A stretch of 32,000 nucleotides of DNA from NCBI RefSeq assembly GCF_051201565.1, contig NZ_CP179200.1, positions 1,380,001 through 1,412,000 of the forward strand, read 5' to 3'. The DNA is from Pseudothioglobus sp. nBUS_23 (lineage in GTDB: Bacteria > Pseudomonadota > Gammaproteobacteria > PS1 > Pseudothioglobaceae). This document shows, in pieces, positions 9,323 to 20,216 of this stretch. The notes under the pieces were generated by a model. That model did not search any database and was not told the DNA's origin. It was given only the letters and a program-made list of their open reading frames with translations. A program made the translations under genes and the position numbers. Position 1 is the stretch's first letter; each line of letters begins with the position of its first letter.

Positions 9323-10528
9323 ATGACTGACTACTCACTCATAATAAGATATAATCATTTAAAATTGATCACGGAGGCATACTTGGAATTTTTTTTTACA
9401 ATACTTAATATCATTAAATATCTGATTTATATTCTAATAGCAATTGCTATTGTCATATTTATCTTTCTTAAAGTATCTCCAGCTTTCGGAGGCACACCAG
9501 ATAAAGATGCACTAAAAACTATTGAAAACTCTCAAAATTTTATTGAAGGAAAGTTTCAAAACATAAAAACAAACTATACTAACTTTCGTTCTTCAGAAAA
9601 AAAAGCGACTTTCAAGGATTGGTTCTCACCACCTAAAGATAAAAATCCATTAAAGCCACTTCCAACAATAAAATTTAAAGGCAAAGACTTAATTGAAGGA
9701 AAGTTTGTTTGGCTTGGCCACTCTACCCTTCTAATGAATACTGAAGGCTTGGTTGTGATGACCGATCCTGTCTTTAATAGAGCATCTCCTCTGCCATCAT
9801 TTAACTCTAACAGTAAAAGCAACTTCTTCAATGGAAAGCCCTTTGAGTTTGAAAATCCGATATTAATTGACGACCTTCCTAAGGTTGATGTTGTTATCAT
9901 TTCTCATGATCATTATGATCACCTTGATTCAAAAGCAATTAAAGATTTATCAGGCCTAGTAGATCACTTTATTGTCCCTTTAGGTGTCGGTGCTCATCTA
10001 GAAAGGTGGGGGGTAATTAAAAATAAAATTACTGAGCTTGACTGGTATGAGAGCAATAACTATAAAGATATTGAGTTTACCTTTGCCCCTGCACTTCACT
10101 TTAGTGGCCGCGGAGTGTTTAATGGCAACTCAACGTTATGGGGCTCTTGGATCGTAAAGTCCAAGTCTTTAAGTGCATATTTCAGCGGAGATGGTGGGTA
10201 CTCAGAAACATTTAAAAAATTAGGTGAGGAGTATGGGCCTTTCGACATTGCCTTTATTGAGAACGGTGCATATAACGTTGACTGGTCGAATGTTCATATG
10301 TATCCAGATGAGGCAGTACAGGCCAGTATCGATTTAAAAGCAGAAATCCTGTTTCCAATCCATTGGTCAAAATTTGATTTATCAATTCATCCTTGGGATG
10401 AGCCAATCATTCGAATCACTGAAGAGGCGGCAAAAAAGAACGTCAACATAGCAACGCCAATGATTGGTGAAGTATTTGAATTAAGTAATATACCAAAAAA
10501 ATCATGGTGGGAAAAACTAAGAATCTAA
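9323..10528 (+). CDS. Membrane-anchored MBL-fold metallo-hydrolase (NAPE-PLD/COG2220-like)
   Basis: Metal motif ISHDHYDHLD (HxHxDH), later FSGDGGY and FPIHW. N-terminal hydrophobic helix. I prefer the ATG at 9323 over the track start 9185, which overlaps ccmF and adds a low-complexity, non-conserved-looking extension. Confidence 0.8.
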   Translation: MTDYSLIIRYNHLKLITEAYLEFFFTILNIIKYLIYILIAIAIVIFIFLKVSPAFGGTPDKDALKTIENSQNFIEGKFQNIKTNYTNFRSSEKKATFKDWFSPPKDKNPLKPLPTIKFKGKDLIEGKFVWLGHSTLLMNTEGLVVMTDPVFNRASPLPSFNSNSKSNFFNGKPFEFENPILIDDLPKVDVVIISHDHYDHLDSKAIKDLSGLVDHFIVPLGVGAHLERWGVIKNKITELDWYESNNYKDIEFTFAPALHFSGRGVFNGNSTLWGSWIVKSKSLSAYFSGDGGYSETFKKLGEEYGPFDIAFIENGAYNVDWSNVHMYPDEAVQASIDLKAEILFPIHWSKFDLSIHPWDEPIIRITEEAAKKNVNIATPMIGEVFELSNIPKKSWWEKLRI

Positions 10529-10550
10529 TGCAATATTATTTAAGGAAGAG

Positions 10551-11453
10551 ATGAAAAAAGAAAATTGGAATGAATCAAATATCTCTGATCAGTCAGGCAA
10601 AATTATTATAGTGACTGGACCAACGAGCGGCCTTGGTGAGGAAACAGCTAAAGTTCTTTCTCGAAAAAATGCTACCGTTATTATGGCTGCTAGAAACATT
10701 AAAAAAGCTGAGTCTGTAGCAAACGAAATTCTTGTTGAAAATAAAAATGCAAAGATAGATATTGAAGAACTAGATTTAACAAGCCTTGAATCAATTAGTA
10801 GCTTTTCTCAATCGATTATTAAGAAATACAAAACGTTAGATTGTCTAATCAATAACGCTGGCATTATGGCCTGCCCTTATTCAAAAACGAAAGATGGGTT
10901 TGAAATCCAGATGGGCACGAATCATTTGGGTCATTTTGCTTTAACAGGTCAGCTGATGTCTCTTCTAAAAAAGATACCTAACTCAAGAGTAGTGAATGTC
11001 TCTAGCATTGCTCACCTGTCAGGAAATATTAATTTTAATGACCTAAATTGGGAAAAAAGAAAATACAGAACTTGGAGCGCCTATAGTGACAGCAAGCTTG
11101 CAAATCTGTACTTTACATATGAACTCTCACGCAAACTAAAGCAAACTAAAGGTCATCCCCATGTAATTGCATCACATCCTGGATACACTGACACTAAACT
11201 TCAACGTTACTCAAAAATATGGAAAATTTTAAATAAAATTGCTGCACAAAAAGTCTCAATTGGAGCGTTAGGCGGGATTCGTGCTGCTACTGACCTAACT
11301 GCAGAATCAGGTGATTATTTTGGCTCTCCATCAATGGGTGGTATGAGAGGTTACCCAGTCTTAGTTCAGTCAAACGAACTATCGTATAATGTAGATAACG
11401 CAAAAAAACTTTGGAAGATATCTGAAGAATTAACTGGGGTAATCTATGACTAA
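10551..11453 (+). CDS. Short-chain dehydrogenase/reductase (classical SDR, retinol-dehydrogenase-like)
   Basis: 300 aa. Cofactor motif VTGPTSGLG, NNAG, and catalytic YSDSK (YxxxK). Confidence 0.88.
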   Translation: MKKENWNESNISDQSGKIIIVTGPTSGLGEETAKVLSRKNATVIMAARNIKKAESVANEILVENKNAKIDIEELDLTSLESISSFSQSIIKKYKTLDCLINNAGIMACPYSKTKDGFEIQMGTNHLGHFALTGQLMSLLKKIPNSRVVNVSSIAHLSGNINFNDLNWEKRKYRTWSAYSDSKLANLYFTYELSRKLKQTKGHPHVIASHPGYTDTKLQRYSKIWKILNKIAAQKVSIGALGGIRAATDLTAESGDYFGSPSMGGMRGYPVLVQSNELSYNVDNAKKLWKISEELTGVIYD

Positions 11454-12016
11454 TGACAATGCTCTCAACCAAAGATAAAATCTATCAGAGCGCTTTAGAT
11501 CTGTTTGCGAGTCAAGGCATTCAATCAACTTCAACTGCTCAAATCAGTAAAAAAGCAGGGGTTGCCTCTGGCACACTTTTTGTTCACTTTAAATCTAAGC
11601 AAGAGCTTATTGATACAATATACATAAGTATTAAAAAAAATGCTTTTTCTGACTTAAATGACAATATGCCTAATGATTCAAGTGTTGAACTTCAAATCAA
11701 AAACGGTTCAAGAAAAATTATTGAGTATTTTTTGAATAACTATAACGAATTTATTTTTTTAGGTTTAGTGGATAATGACCCTATGGTTTCTGAGAATGCA
11801 AGAGCAATAGGCTTTAAAAATTTTGAAAAGTCGATGGCTGATTTGAAGCAATGGTTTATAGAAGGGCATTTTAAAGAGATAGATTTTGATTTACTGATGC
11901 AAATCAACTGGTCCACTACAGAGGCCATCATTAAGAACCTCAAGTTAAGAAATCTTAAAAAGCCAAGTAAGAGTGAACTGAACGTAATCTGGGATGTTAT
12001 GAAAAAGAGCTCCTGA
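11453..12016 (+). CDS. TetR/AcrR-family transcriptional regulator
   Basis: 187 aa. N-terminal HTH typical of TetR (ALDLFASQGIQSTSTAQISKKAGVASGTLFVHFKSKQEL). Its start overlaps the SDR stop (TAATG). Confidence 0.88.
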   Translation: MTMLSTKDKIYQSALDLFASQGIQSTSTAQISKKAGVASGTLFVHFKSKQELIDTIYISIKKNAFSDLNDNMPNDSSVELQIKNGSRKIIEYFLNNYNEFIFLGLVDNDPMVSENARAIGFKNFEKSMADLKQWFIEGHFKEIDFDLLMQINWSTTEAIIKNLKLRNLKKPSKSELNVIWDVMKKSS

Positions 12017-12024
12017 GAGCTCTT
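12001..12024 (-). terminator. Hairpin AAGAGCTC-N4-GAGCTCTT with T-run on the minus strand; likely terminator of tRNA-Leu and possibly bidirectional
   Basis: 8-bp stem 12005-12012/17-24 with a 4-nt loop. On the minus strand it is followed by TTTC, so with the stem it reads CTCTTTTTC. It lies 13 nt downstream of the tRNA 3' end and overlaps the TetR stop codon. Confidence 0.4.
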
Positions 12025-12037
12025 GAAATCAAATTTA

Positions 12038-12122
12038 TGGTGCGGAAGGAGAGACTCGAACTCTCACGTCTTGCGACACTGGAACCTAAATCCAGCGTGT
12101 CTACCAATTCCACCACTCCCGC
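12038..12122 (-). tRNA. tRNA-Leu (anticodon UAG)
   Basis: 85-nt cloverleaf read on the minus strand. Acceptor GCGGGAG/CTTCCGC (one G-U). D-loop with GG. Anticodon stem CTGGA/TCCAG with loop TTTAGGT. Long variable arm GTCGCAAGAC (class II). T-arm GAGAG-TTCGAGT-CTCTC. Discriminator A and encoded CCA. Confidence 0.93.
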
Positions 12123-12186
12123 GAAGAATTCGAATTATACCCAATTAAATTAAATATTTCTTAATTAAGAAAATAGATTTCAATAA

Positions 12187-13569
12187 TTATGTGCCGTACC
12201 AATTCAACTTTTCATTGAGCCTAACAACCTCACCCACAATCATCAGGGTTGGTGCATGAATATCTTCTGTTGCTAATAGATCTGGCAATTTAGTTAATGA
12301 TGAAATATAGACCTTTTGCTCTGGCATTGTGCCTTTTTCAATTATTGCAATAGGCATATCTTTATCCATCCCATGCTCCATGAGTTTCTGGCATATATAA
12401 TTAGCGCCGCTCAAAGCCATGTAAAAAACAATAGTTTGCTGATCAATCACGAACTCATCCCATGGAAGGTTGGTTGTGCCATTCTTCAGGTGTGCAGTTA
12501 CAAATCTGCAGGACTGGGAATAGTCCCTATGAGTTAATGGTATTCCAGCGTATGAAGAGCATCCCGATGCAGCAGTGATACCGGGAACAACCTGAAATGG
12601 AATACCGTGCTCAGATAATGATTCAATTTCTTCGCCGCCTCGTCCAAAAATAAATGGGTCGCCCCCCTTAAGTCTGCAAACTCTTTTCCCAGATTTGGCA
12701 AGCTCTACTAATTGATCATTAATGTCAATCTGTCGAGTAGATTCTTGACTTCCACCTTTCTTTCCAACATAGATTAGCTCAGAGTCTCTTCGAACTAACT
12801 CCATCACGCCCTTGGAAACAAGCCGGTCATAAAGAACAACATCAGCCTGCTGAATCAATCTCAAAGCCTTAAAGGTTAATAGATCAGGATCACCTGGGCC
12901 AGCACCCACTAGATAAACTTCTCCGAGCTCAATTTCGGAGGCACGTTTAAGCTGCTTGTCGATGTCATCCTTTGCCTCATTGATTCTCCCTGAAAAAACT
13001 TTTTCAGCGATTACGCCGGAAAATATGGACTCCCAAAAAGCTCTTCTATCCTTAATTTTAGAAAAGCGATCTTTCACTTTTTGTCTAAACTCACCAGCAA
13101 TTTCTGCCAAGACTCCATAAGCACTAGGAATGACGGTCTCTAATTTTGCCCTGATGATTCTTACTAAAACAGGCGCCCTACCAGCAGAAGATACTGCAAT
13201 AATAACTGGTGACCGATCAACTATTGATGGCATTATGAAGCTTGATAATTCTGGTGAATCGACAACATTTACCGGGATTCTTGCTTTTTTTGCTGACTTG
13301 GAGATTAATGCGTTAACTGATGAGTCGTCTGTTGAAGCAATAATGATTGCATACTCTTTGATGTCATCTGACTCAAAACGTTTTTGAATGAGATTGACAT
13401 CTCCATTTTGAGATAGATTAGTAATTCCTTCGCAGAATAAAGGAGAAAGGCAGTCAACCTTGGCTTGGGCTTTAATCAATAAATTAATCTTCCTTAAAGC
13501 AATATCACCACCCCCTATTACTAGGCAAGGGTTTTGTCTTACATTAATAAATATTGGAAGATGGTCCAT
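12187..13569 (-). CDS. cysG: Siroheme synthase (precorrin-2 dehydrogenase/sirohydrochlorin ferrochelatase fused to uroporphyrinogen-III C-methyltransferase)
   Basis: 460 aa. N-terminal Rossmann VIGGGDIALRK. C-terminal SUMT domain with VYLVGAGPGDPDLLT and GGDPFIFGRGGEE. Confidence 0.93.
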   Translation of the reverse strand: MDHLPIFINVRQNPCLVIGGGDIALRKINLLIKAQAKVDCLSPLFCEGITNLSQNGDVNLIQKRFESDDIKEYAIIIASTDDSSVNALISKSAKKARIPVNVVDSPELSSFIMPSIVDRSPVIIAVSSAGRAPVLVRIIRAKLETVIPSAYGVLAEIAGEFRQKVKDRFSKIKDRRAFWESIFSGVIAEKVFSGRINEAKDDIDKQLKRASEIELGEVYLVGAGPGDPDLLTFKALRLIQQADVVLYDRLVSKGVMELVRRDSELIYVGKKGGSQESTRQIDINDQLVELAKSGKRVCRLKGGDPFIFGRGGEEIESLSEHGIPFQVVPGITAASGCSSYAGIPLTHRDYSQSCRFVTAHLKNGTTNLPWDEFVIDQQTIVFYMALSGANYICQKLMEHGMDKDMPIAIIEKGTMPEQKVYISSLTKLPDLLATEDIHAPTLMIVGEVVRLNEKLNWYGT

Positions 13570-13713
13570 ATAAATATTCTGCCTTTATTGAGCAAAAATG
13601 CTAATTAAAGCATTGCGTGGAGTATAGTAAATAATTCTATTAATAAAAAATTTAAATATCAAAAGATATAAAATTTTCTTTAATTTAAATATTAATAGAA
13701 AAATATTTTAATT

Positions 13714-14391
13714 TCATTGGTTATTCAAGTTTAAGAATTCTCTAACAAAGGGAATTGAAATAGGTTTTTTTGATTGAAGAGAGGCCTTATCTAAGTCATT
13801 GAGAGTAGATAATAATAGCTTTAAATCTCGAGAGACGTTTTTGAATAGATATTTATAGACTTTAGAGTCAATCTTAAGATTTCTTTCAATCATTTGACTG
13901 TCAATTACCATCACAGTCAACTCATCGTTCAGCTCTTCGAGCTTAAAAACAGCTGTTAAACTGAGTCTTGTTTTGATGTCTTTCATTACCCTGAGTTCTA
14001 CTGGTAAAGAATCTCCACTCACTAAAATGTTTACTTCGGATTGCCTAGCTTGATTGAATAAATCAAAAAATATTTCTTCGTTTTCCTTTGCTATGAGATG
14101 AACATTATCAAAGCTAATCAAGCTGATTTGATCAATAAACTCTACTAAATGTTCAGGCAAAGAATCTGAGCAATCTATATACAATGCATTTTTATCATCT
14201 GCCAAAGACTTTAATACAGCTCCTTGTAGAACGTGCGTCTTTCCACTACCCGATGCGCCATAGATATATAACTCAGATGATTTTTGATTCAAAAAGAGCT
14301 GATTGATTAACCTTAAAAGCTCCTCATTAGCAACAAAATTTTCCAGTAGCATTGAAGAGTTGAGGGAAATTGGTAAGCCAAGTTGGTTCAT
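13714..14391 (-). CDS. hda: DnaA-inactivating protein Hda
   Basis: Collinear with E. coli Hda. Shows the N-terminal clamp-binding motif QLGLPI, Walker A GASGSGKTH, and C-terminal SIPFVREFL. I prefer the ATG at 14391 (MNQLGLPISL) because it forms an ATGA overlap with the upstream gene's stop. The track start at 14427 would add 12 aa. Confidence 0.88.
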   Translation of the reverse strand: MNQLGLPISLNSSMLLENFVANEELLRLINQLFLNQKSSELYIYGASGSGKTHVLQGAVLKSLADDKNALYIDCSDSLPEHLVEFIDQISLISFDNVHLIAKENEEIFFDLFNQARQSEVNILVSGDSLPVELRVMKDIKTRLSLTAVFKLEELNDELTVMVIDSQMIERNLKIDSKVYKYLFKNVSRDLKLLLSTLNDLDKASLQSKKPISIPFVREFLNLNNQ

Positions 14392-14948
14392 TTTTTTGAC
14401 TCTTGTAAAATAAATTTCTTGACCCAAAGCAGCCCATAATCTGCACCGCTCAGAGCAGTTGAGGTCGCAACAATAATAAAGACCATATCTTGAAAACCAT
14501 CAATTCCAACATAAATCTGAATTATGAGTAGATATAAAACCAAAGCAATCTGCAATACTGTATTCACTTTACTAATCAGACTTGGTTCTAATAAGTCACT
14601 TTCAGAGTTCTCATCTCCAAGAAAATAGCCCAGAGCACCAGCAATGATTATCACGTCGCGAACAAAAATAATCATAAGGAGCCACAACGGCAAAACCTCA
14701 ATCCAATAAAGTGCGACAAAGGAACATGTTAATAAGACTTTGTCCGCAACAGGATCTAAAATCGATCCAAGTCGTGACTGCAAAGAAAACTGTTTAGCAA
14801 TCCACCCATCTAAAGCGTCAGAGACCCCAGCAACTAAAAATAGTAGTAATGTAAGAAGATACTGCTCTTTTAGTAGTGCTATAACTATTGGAACTGTTAA
14901 AATAATGCGTATTATTGAAAGCGCATTAGGAAGCATTGAAAAGCTCAT
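14388..14948 (-). CDS. CDP-alcohol phosphatidyltransferase family protein (PgsA-like)
   Basis: 186-aa polytopic protein carrying the family motif D(x)2DG(x)2A(x)8G(x)3D(x)3D as SDALDGWIAKQFSLQSRLGSILDPVADK. Confidence 0.85.
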   Translation of the reverse strand: MSFSMLPNALSIIRIILTVPIVIALLKEQYLLTLLLFLVAGVSDALDGWIAKQFSLQSRLGSILDPVADKVLLTCSFVALYWIEVLPLWLLMIIFVRDVIIIAGALGYFLGDENSESDLLEPSLISKVNTVLQIALVLYLLIIQIYVGIDGFQDMVFIIVATSTALSGADYGLLWVKKFILQESKK

Positions 14949-15001
14949 TGTTTTGCTTGATTTAATCCATTTTTTAAGACCTTAATTATACGGAAAACAT
15001 C

Positions 15002-16006
15002 ATGTCATCATTGACTTATAAGGACTCAGGGGTTGATATCACTAAAGGAAATCAACTAATTGAGAAAATTAAGCCTATTGCAAAATCAACACTAAGACCT
15101 GGCGTATTAGGAGGTCTAGGCGGTTTTGGCGCTATGTTTGAAATCCCTTTAGAAAAATACAAAAATCCAGTACTCATTTCTGGGACAGATGGCGTTGGCA
15201 CCAAGCTCAAGGTAGCAGAGATGCTAAATAAGCATGACACTATCGGAATAGATTTAGTTGCAATGTGCGTGAATGATTTAATAGTTCAAGGTGCAGAGCC
15301 ATTATTCTTTCTTGATTACTACGCTACTGGGTCATTAAACCCTGAGATTGCAACTTCTGTCATTGAAGGAATTGGTGAAGGTTGTCGGCAATCAGGCTGC
15401 TCATTAATTGGTGGTGAAACAGCTGAAATGCCTGGTATGTATAATGGTGAAGAATATGATTTGGCAGGTTTTTGTGTAGGCATTGTTGACAAAAATCAAG
15501 TAATTGATGGCTCTAAAGTTAATGAGGGTGATCATATTGTAGCTCTAGGCTCATCTGGGCCCCATTCTAACGGATACTCATTAATTCGAAAAGTTCTAGA
15601 AAAGTCCACGCCATCATCTGAGCAGCTTAATTCATTGATTGAGCCTACCAGAATTTATGTTAAATCTATATTATCTCTGGCGAATACCCTACCAGTCCAT
15701 GCGATATCTCACATTACAGGAGGAGGGCTACTCGAAAATATACCCCGAGTTTTGCCTGATGATTTTGCAGCAAAGCTCAATTCAAACTCATGGAGTCAGC
15801 CTGAAATTTTTAAATGGCTTCAGAAAGAGGGAAATATCGACTCTCATGAAATGTATAGAGTTCTTAACTGCGGCGTTGGAATGGTTGTCATCATATCGAA
15901 GGAGTCATCAAGTCAAACTATAGAACACTTAAATGCATGCGGTGAGAATGCTTGGCTTATAGGTGAAGTTGTTCATTCAAAGGGTGAGCGGGTCATTATC
16001 GAGTAA
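15002..16006 (+). CDS. purM: Phosphoribosylformylglycinamidine cyclo-ligase (AIR synthetase)
   Basis: 334 aa. Contains [33 protein letters not shown] and ITGGG. Confidence 0.96.
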   Translation: MSSLTYKDSGVDITKGNQLIEKIKPIAKSTLRPGVLGGLGGFGAMFEIPLEKYKNPVLISGTDGVGTKLKVAEMLNKHDTIGIDLVAMCVNDLIVQGAEPLFFLDYYATGSLNPEIATSVIEGIGEGCRQSGCSLIGGETAEMPGMYNGEEYDLAGFCVGIVDKNQVIDGSKVNEGDHIVALGSSGPHSNGYSLIRKVLEKSTPSSEQLNSLIEPTRIYVKSILSLANTLPVHAISHITGGGLLENIPRVLPDDFAAKLNSNSWSQPEIFKWLQKEGNIDSHEMYRVLNCGVGMVVIISKESSSQTIEHLNACGENAWLIGEVVHSKGERVIIE

Positions 16007-16008
16007 TA

Positions 16009-16617
16009 ATGAAGGGAGTTATTTTAATTTCAGGAAATGGCTCTAATTTACAATCTATCATTGAGCATGCTGACAGTATAGACCTTCAAATTTCAGCTGT
16101 AATAAGCAATGAAAAGAATGCTTATGGCCTTGAACGAGCAAAAGCAGCTGGCATTAAAACTTACTTTGTAGATCCAAAAAAATTTTCTGAAAGAGTCGAC
16201 TTTGATCAAGAGCTAGTAAAAATAATTGATAGTCTGAATGTTGAACTAATTGTCCTTGCAGGCTTCATGAGGATACTATCTACTTTATTTATTAATCATT
16301 TTTCTGGGAAAGTACTTAATATTCATCCTTCACTACTTCCCAAATATCCAGGGCTTGATACGCATCAAAGAGCAATCAATGCTTCAGATAAACAACACGG
16401 TGCAACTGTTCATTTTGTTACTAGAGAACTGGATGGAGGACCAATCATTAGTCAGGTGGTGGTTAATGTAGATAGTCATGACACAGAGACGTCTCTTGCC
16501 AAAAAGGTTTTAAAAAAAGAACACATTCTTTATCCCAAAGTTATTCATTGGTATACTCAAAGAAGGCTAAAGCTCGAAAATGAAGGCTCGGCTTCACTTG
16601 ATGGAAAAATTATATGA
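16009..16617 (+). CDS. purN: Phosphoribosylglycinamide formyltransferase
   Basis: 202 aa. Contains ISGNGSNLQ, LAGFMRIL, NIHPSLLP and HGATVHFV..ELDGGPII. Confidence 0.95.
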   Translation: MKGVILISGNGSNLQSIIEHADSIDLQISAVISNEKNAYGLERAKAAGIKTYFVDPKKFSERVDFDQELVKIIDSLNVELIVLAGFMRILSTLFINHFSGKVLNIHPSLLPKYPGLDTHQRAINASDKQHGATVHFVTRELDGGPIISQVVVNVDSHDTETSLAKKVLKKEHILYPKVIHWYTQRRLKLENEGSASLDGKII

Positions 16618-17303
16618 AGAAAATTTCTTTCTTATTCTTAAGCTTTATCTTTTCTAATACCCTTGCGCTCTCTCCCTATATTGGAACTTATGAGCTCTAC
16701 GCTGATACAAAAATGGGTAACTTAAAAATTGGAACGGCCACTCTCAATCTCGATGTCATCGAGGACCAATTTACGTTCGCCACTGAAGCCAAAACTGAGT
16801 CTTTATGGAAGGCTCTATACGACTACTCCAGATCTGAAAAAAGCACCGGCAATGAGGTGGATGGACAAGTCATAAATAAATATTTCAGTGTCATCGAAAA
16901 AATCAAAGATGAAGTCAAAAAGAATTATGAAATAAATATTGCCACGGATAAAAATTATGCGATTTCAAGTACCGGTGAGGAGTGGGAAATAAAACCAGGC
17001 CTCCTAGTCGATCCTCTTAGCGTTTACCTTGCGCTTTCAAATGACATGCTCAACAACCCAGATCAAAATGAATTTACCTATCAGGTCGTCGATCAGGATG
17101 GAGTGAAATATCTTGAGTTTAGGATTGATGGCAATGAAATGATTGAGATCAATGGAAGCGAAATTGAAACTTTAAGGGTGGCATGCGATGAGCTTGAACT
17201 CACTCTTAATTTATCTGCCAAAGATAATTTTCAGCCGGTTAAGATTCACAAGGTTAACGGTAAAACTGAATTTACAATGATTCTTATAGAGTTTCAAGGA
17301 TAG
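16614..17303 (+). CDS. DUF3108-family protein with signal peptide
   Basis: 229 aa with an N-terminal signal sequence. Its position right after purN (ATGA overlap) matches the conserved purM-purN-DUF3108 neighbourhood of gammaproteobacteria. The family call rests on synteny plus the general sequence pattern recalled from memory. Confidence 0.6.
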   Translation: MKKISFLFLSFIFSNTLALSPYIGTYELYADTKMGNLKIGTATLNLDVIEDQFTFATEAKTESLWKALYDYSRSEKSTGNEVDGQVINKYFSVIEKIKDEVKKNYEINIATDKNYAISSTGEEWEIKPGLLVDPLSVYLALSNDMLNNPDQNEFTYQVVDQDGVKYLEFRIDGNEMIEINGSEIETLRVACDELELTLNLSAKDNFQPVKIHKVNGKTEFTMILIEFQG

Positions 17304-17314
17304 CTTTGTAAGCT

Positions 17315-20131
17315 CTAAAGGTGCTGCTTAAGGAACTGGCCAGTAAAAGACTTTTTATTCATAACCACTTCCTCTGGCGTGCCATAAGCAATTATTTCAC
17401 CGCCCTTGTTGCCGCCTTCTGGACCCAAGTCAACTATCCAATCAGCAGTTTTAATAACATCTAGGTTGTGCTCGATAATGACAATAGTATTGTCTCGATC
17501 TCTGAGTCTAAAAATGACTGAGAGTAGCTGTTTTATATCATGAAAATGAAGTCCGCTCGTTGGCTCATCCAATATGTATAAGGTTTGACCCGTATCAGAC
17601 TTTGATAATTCTTTAGCCAGCTTGATACGCTGCGCTTCACCGCCCGAGAGAGTTGTAGCATTTTGACCCAGGGTAATGTAGGAAAGACCAACATCCATGA
17701 GGGTTTGTATTTTTTGATTGATCTTTGGTATTGGCTTAAAGAATTCCAGCGCATCCTCAACCGTCATTTCTAAGACTTCAGCTATAGATTTTCCTTTGTA
17801 TTTTATCTCTAGAGTTTCTCTGTTGTATCGATGTCCACTGCAGACATCGCATGAAACGTACACATCTGGAAGAAAGTGCATCTCAACTTTAATTAAGCCG
17901 TCCCCTTTGCAGGCCTCACATCTTCCACCTTTAACATTAAAACTAAATCGTCCAGATTTATATCCTCTCGATCTAGACTCTAGTGTGAGTGCGAATAGGT
18001 CTCGAATTAAAGTAAATACACCGGTATAAGTTGCCGGATTAGATCTTGGTGTTCTACCTATAGGGCTTTGATTTATATTCACAACCTTGTCAAATAAATT
18101 CATTCCTTTTACTTCTTTGAAAGGGGCGATATCTGTTTGAGCGCCATTTAATGTTTGTGCTGCTAGCTCATACAACGTGTTATTAATCAAGGTAGATTTC
18201 CCAGATCCAGAAACTCCAGTAATACAAGTCAAAACTCCTACAGGGATTTTTAAATCGACATTCTTTAAATTATTTCCACTAGCGCCTGTAATCTCGAGCC
18301 ATCCATCTGATCTTTTTCTTTTCTTGGGGATGCTAATCTCTTGACGACCACTGAGATAGTCACCAGTCAGTGACTTAGTATTCGCAATGACTTCATCTGG
18401 CGTTCCACTGGCAACAATTTGTCCACCATGAATGCCCGCTCCTGGGCCAATGTCAATCACATGATCTGCCTGCCTGATTGCATCCTCGTCGTGCTCGACT
18501 ACAATGACTGTGTTTCCTAAGTCTCTGAGATAAGTTAAAGTGTCCAATAGTTTTTGATTGTCTCTTTGATGAAGGCCAATAGAGGGCTCATCAAGTACAT
18601 AAAGAACTCCAATTAGTCCTGCTCCAATCTGTGATGCCAATCTAATTCTTTGTGCTTCTCCGCCTGATAAAGAATTTGCTTTTCTTTCTAAATTTAAATA
18701 GTCCAAGCCAACATTAATTAAGAAATGGAGTCTTTGCGAAATTTCATTCAGGATTTTGCTGGCGATCTCTCCTCGCTGACCATCGAGCTCAAGTTTTTCA
18801 AAAAACTCATAGACCTGATCAATAGTTAATTTTGTTAAATCTGATATATTGTTGTCGTTGATAAAAACATTTCTGGCCGCTGCATTTAGTCGATCTCCAT
18901 GACAGCTGGCACATGGCTTGCTTATTACATAGCGAGATAGATCTTCTCTAACTGAACGAATATCGCTATCAGCGTATCTCCGCATCATTCTGGGAATGAT
19001 CCCCTCGAAAGGTTTTTTACGACTAGACCAACCTCTTCTACCTTTAATTTTAGAAAAATCAATAGACTGATTTCCGCTTCCATAGAGCACAATTTTTTTG
19101 TGCTCATCTGAAAGCTCATTGAATGGTGTTGATACACTAAAGTTATAAAAATTACCAACAAGAGTTAGCATTTGATAGAAGTAGGCATTATTTTTGCTCC
19201 AGCCGTAAACCGCTCCATCCTCAAGACTTAGCTCTGGATTGGCTACAACTCTTTCCTCATCAAAAACATCTTTAACGCCCAGACCATCACACGCTTCGCA
19301 TGCGCCGACAGGATTATTGAATGAAAAAAGGCGAGGCTCTAATTCATTTAATGAATACCCGCATTGGACACAGGAGAACTTGGCTGAAAAAGTCAACTCC
19401 TTCCAATCAGTATTCGAATCCATTGGACTTGCAATGGCAATACCAGAGCTCATATTTAGCGCTGTTTCGAGGGACTCTGACAACCTTGAAGATATATCTT
19501 GCCTCACCTTAAGTCGGTCAACCACTATTTCAATGGTGTGATTTTTATTACCATCTAGCTCTTCAACTTCTTCAAGGAATTGAACCTCTCCATCAATACG
19601 AGCGCGCAAAAATCCCTCATGAGAAAGTTCAAGAAGGAGCTTTTGATGACTCCCCTTTCTATTTCTGACGATTGGAGCCAAAATCATAATTTTAGAATCT
19701 TCTGGCAGCCCCAGAATTGAGTCGACCATTTGAGAGATCGTTTGGGCTTGGAGTTTAACTCCATGATCTGGGCACCTTGGTGAGCCAACTCTTGCAAAAA
19801 GAAGTCTTAAGTAATCATAAATCTCCGTAATGGTTCCAACGGTTGATCTTGGATTATGCGAGGTTGCCTTTTGTTCAATTGAGATTGCGGGAGAAAGGCC
19901 TTCTATATGGTCTACGTCAGGCTTCTCCATTAAAGACAAAAACTGCCTCGCGTAGGCTGAGAGAGATTCAACATATCTTCTTTGACCTTCAGCATAAATA
20001 GTGTCAAATGCCAATGAAGATTTACCTGAACCGGATAGTCCAGTTAACACAACGAGTTTATTTCTGGGTAGACTTACATCTATATTTTTTAAATTATGGA
20101 CTTTTGCTCCACGAATACTTATTGAATCCAT
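17315..20131 (-). CDS. uvrA: Excinuclease ABC subunit A
   Basis: 938 aa. Two ABC modules ([26 protein letters not shown] twice), zinc-finger Cys clusters, and N-terminus [12 protein letters not shown]. Confidence 0.97.
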   Translation of the reverse strand: MDSISIRGAKVHNLKNIDVSLPRNKLVVLTGLSGSGKSSLAFDTIYAEGQRRYVESLSAYARQFLSLMEKPDVDHIEGLSPAISIEQKATSHNPRSTVGTITEIYDYLRLLFARVGSPRCPDHGVKLQAQTISQMVDSILGLPEDSKIMILAPIVRNRKGSHQKLLLELSHEGFLRARIDGEVQFLEEVEELDGNKNHTIEIVVDRLKVRQDISSRLSESLETALNMSSGIAIASPMDSNTDWKELTFSAKFSCVQCGYSLNELEPRLFSFNNPVGACEACDGLGVKDVFDEERVVANPELSLEDGAVYGWSKNNAYFYQMLTLVGNFYNFSVSTPFNELSDEHKKIVLYGSGNQSIDFSKIKGRRGWSSRKKPFEGIIPRMMRRYADSDIRSVREDLSRYVISKPCASCHGDRLNAAARNVFINDNNISDLTKLTIDQVYEFFEKLELDGQRGEIASKILNEISQRLHFLINVGLDYLNLERKANSLSGGEAQRIRLASQIGAGLIGVLYVLDEPSIGLHQRDNQKLLDTLTYLRDLGNTVIVVEHDEDAIRQADHVIDIGPGAGIHGGQIVASGTPDEVIANTKSLTGDYLSGRQEISIPKKRKRSDGWLEITGASGNNLKNVDLKIPVGVLTCITGVSGSGKSTLINNTLYELAAQTLNGAQTDIAPFKEVKGMNLFDKVVNINQSPIGRTPRSNPATYTGVFTLIRDLFALTLESRSRGYKSGRFSFNVKGGRCEACKGDGLIKVEMHFLPDVYVSCDVCSGHRYNRETLEIKYKGKSIAEVLEMTVEDALEFFKPIPKINQKIQTLMDVGLSYITLGQNATTLSGGEAQRIKLAKELSKSDTGQTLYILDEPTSGLHFHDIKQLLSVIFRLRDRDNTIVIIEHNLDVIKTADWIVDLGPEGGNKGGEIIAYGTPEEVVMNKKSFTGQFLKQHL

Positions 20132-20216
20132 AAACTCTTGATTTTTATGACGGACAAAGGGTTCATTATACTCATCCCTTGTGTAAAATCACAATTTTGT
20201 ATTGAATTCTTAAGAC

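Noticed and set aside
9213-12186. tRNA-Leu-associated genomic island
   Set aside because: No integrase, no direct repeat of the tRNA 3' end near 9213-9322, and no obvious compositional break.
20179-20194. Palindrome TTGTG-N6-CACAA in the uvrA/pyrH divergent region, considered as a LexA SOS box or CRP site
   Set aside because: It does not fit CTGT-N8-ACAG (gammaproteobacterial LexA) or TGTGA-N6-TCACA (CRP). With 5-bp arms in AT-rich DNA it is within chance expectation.
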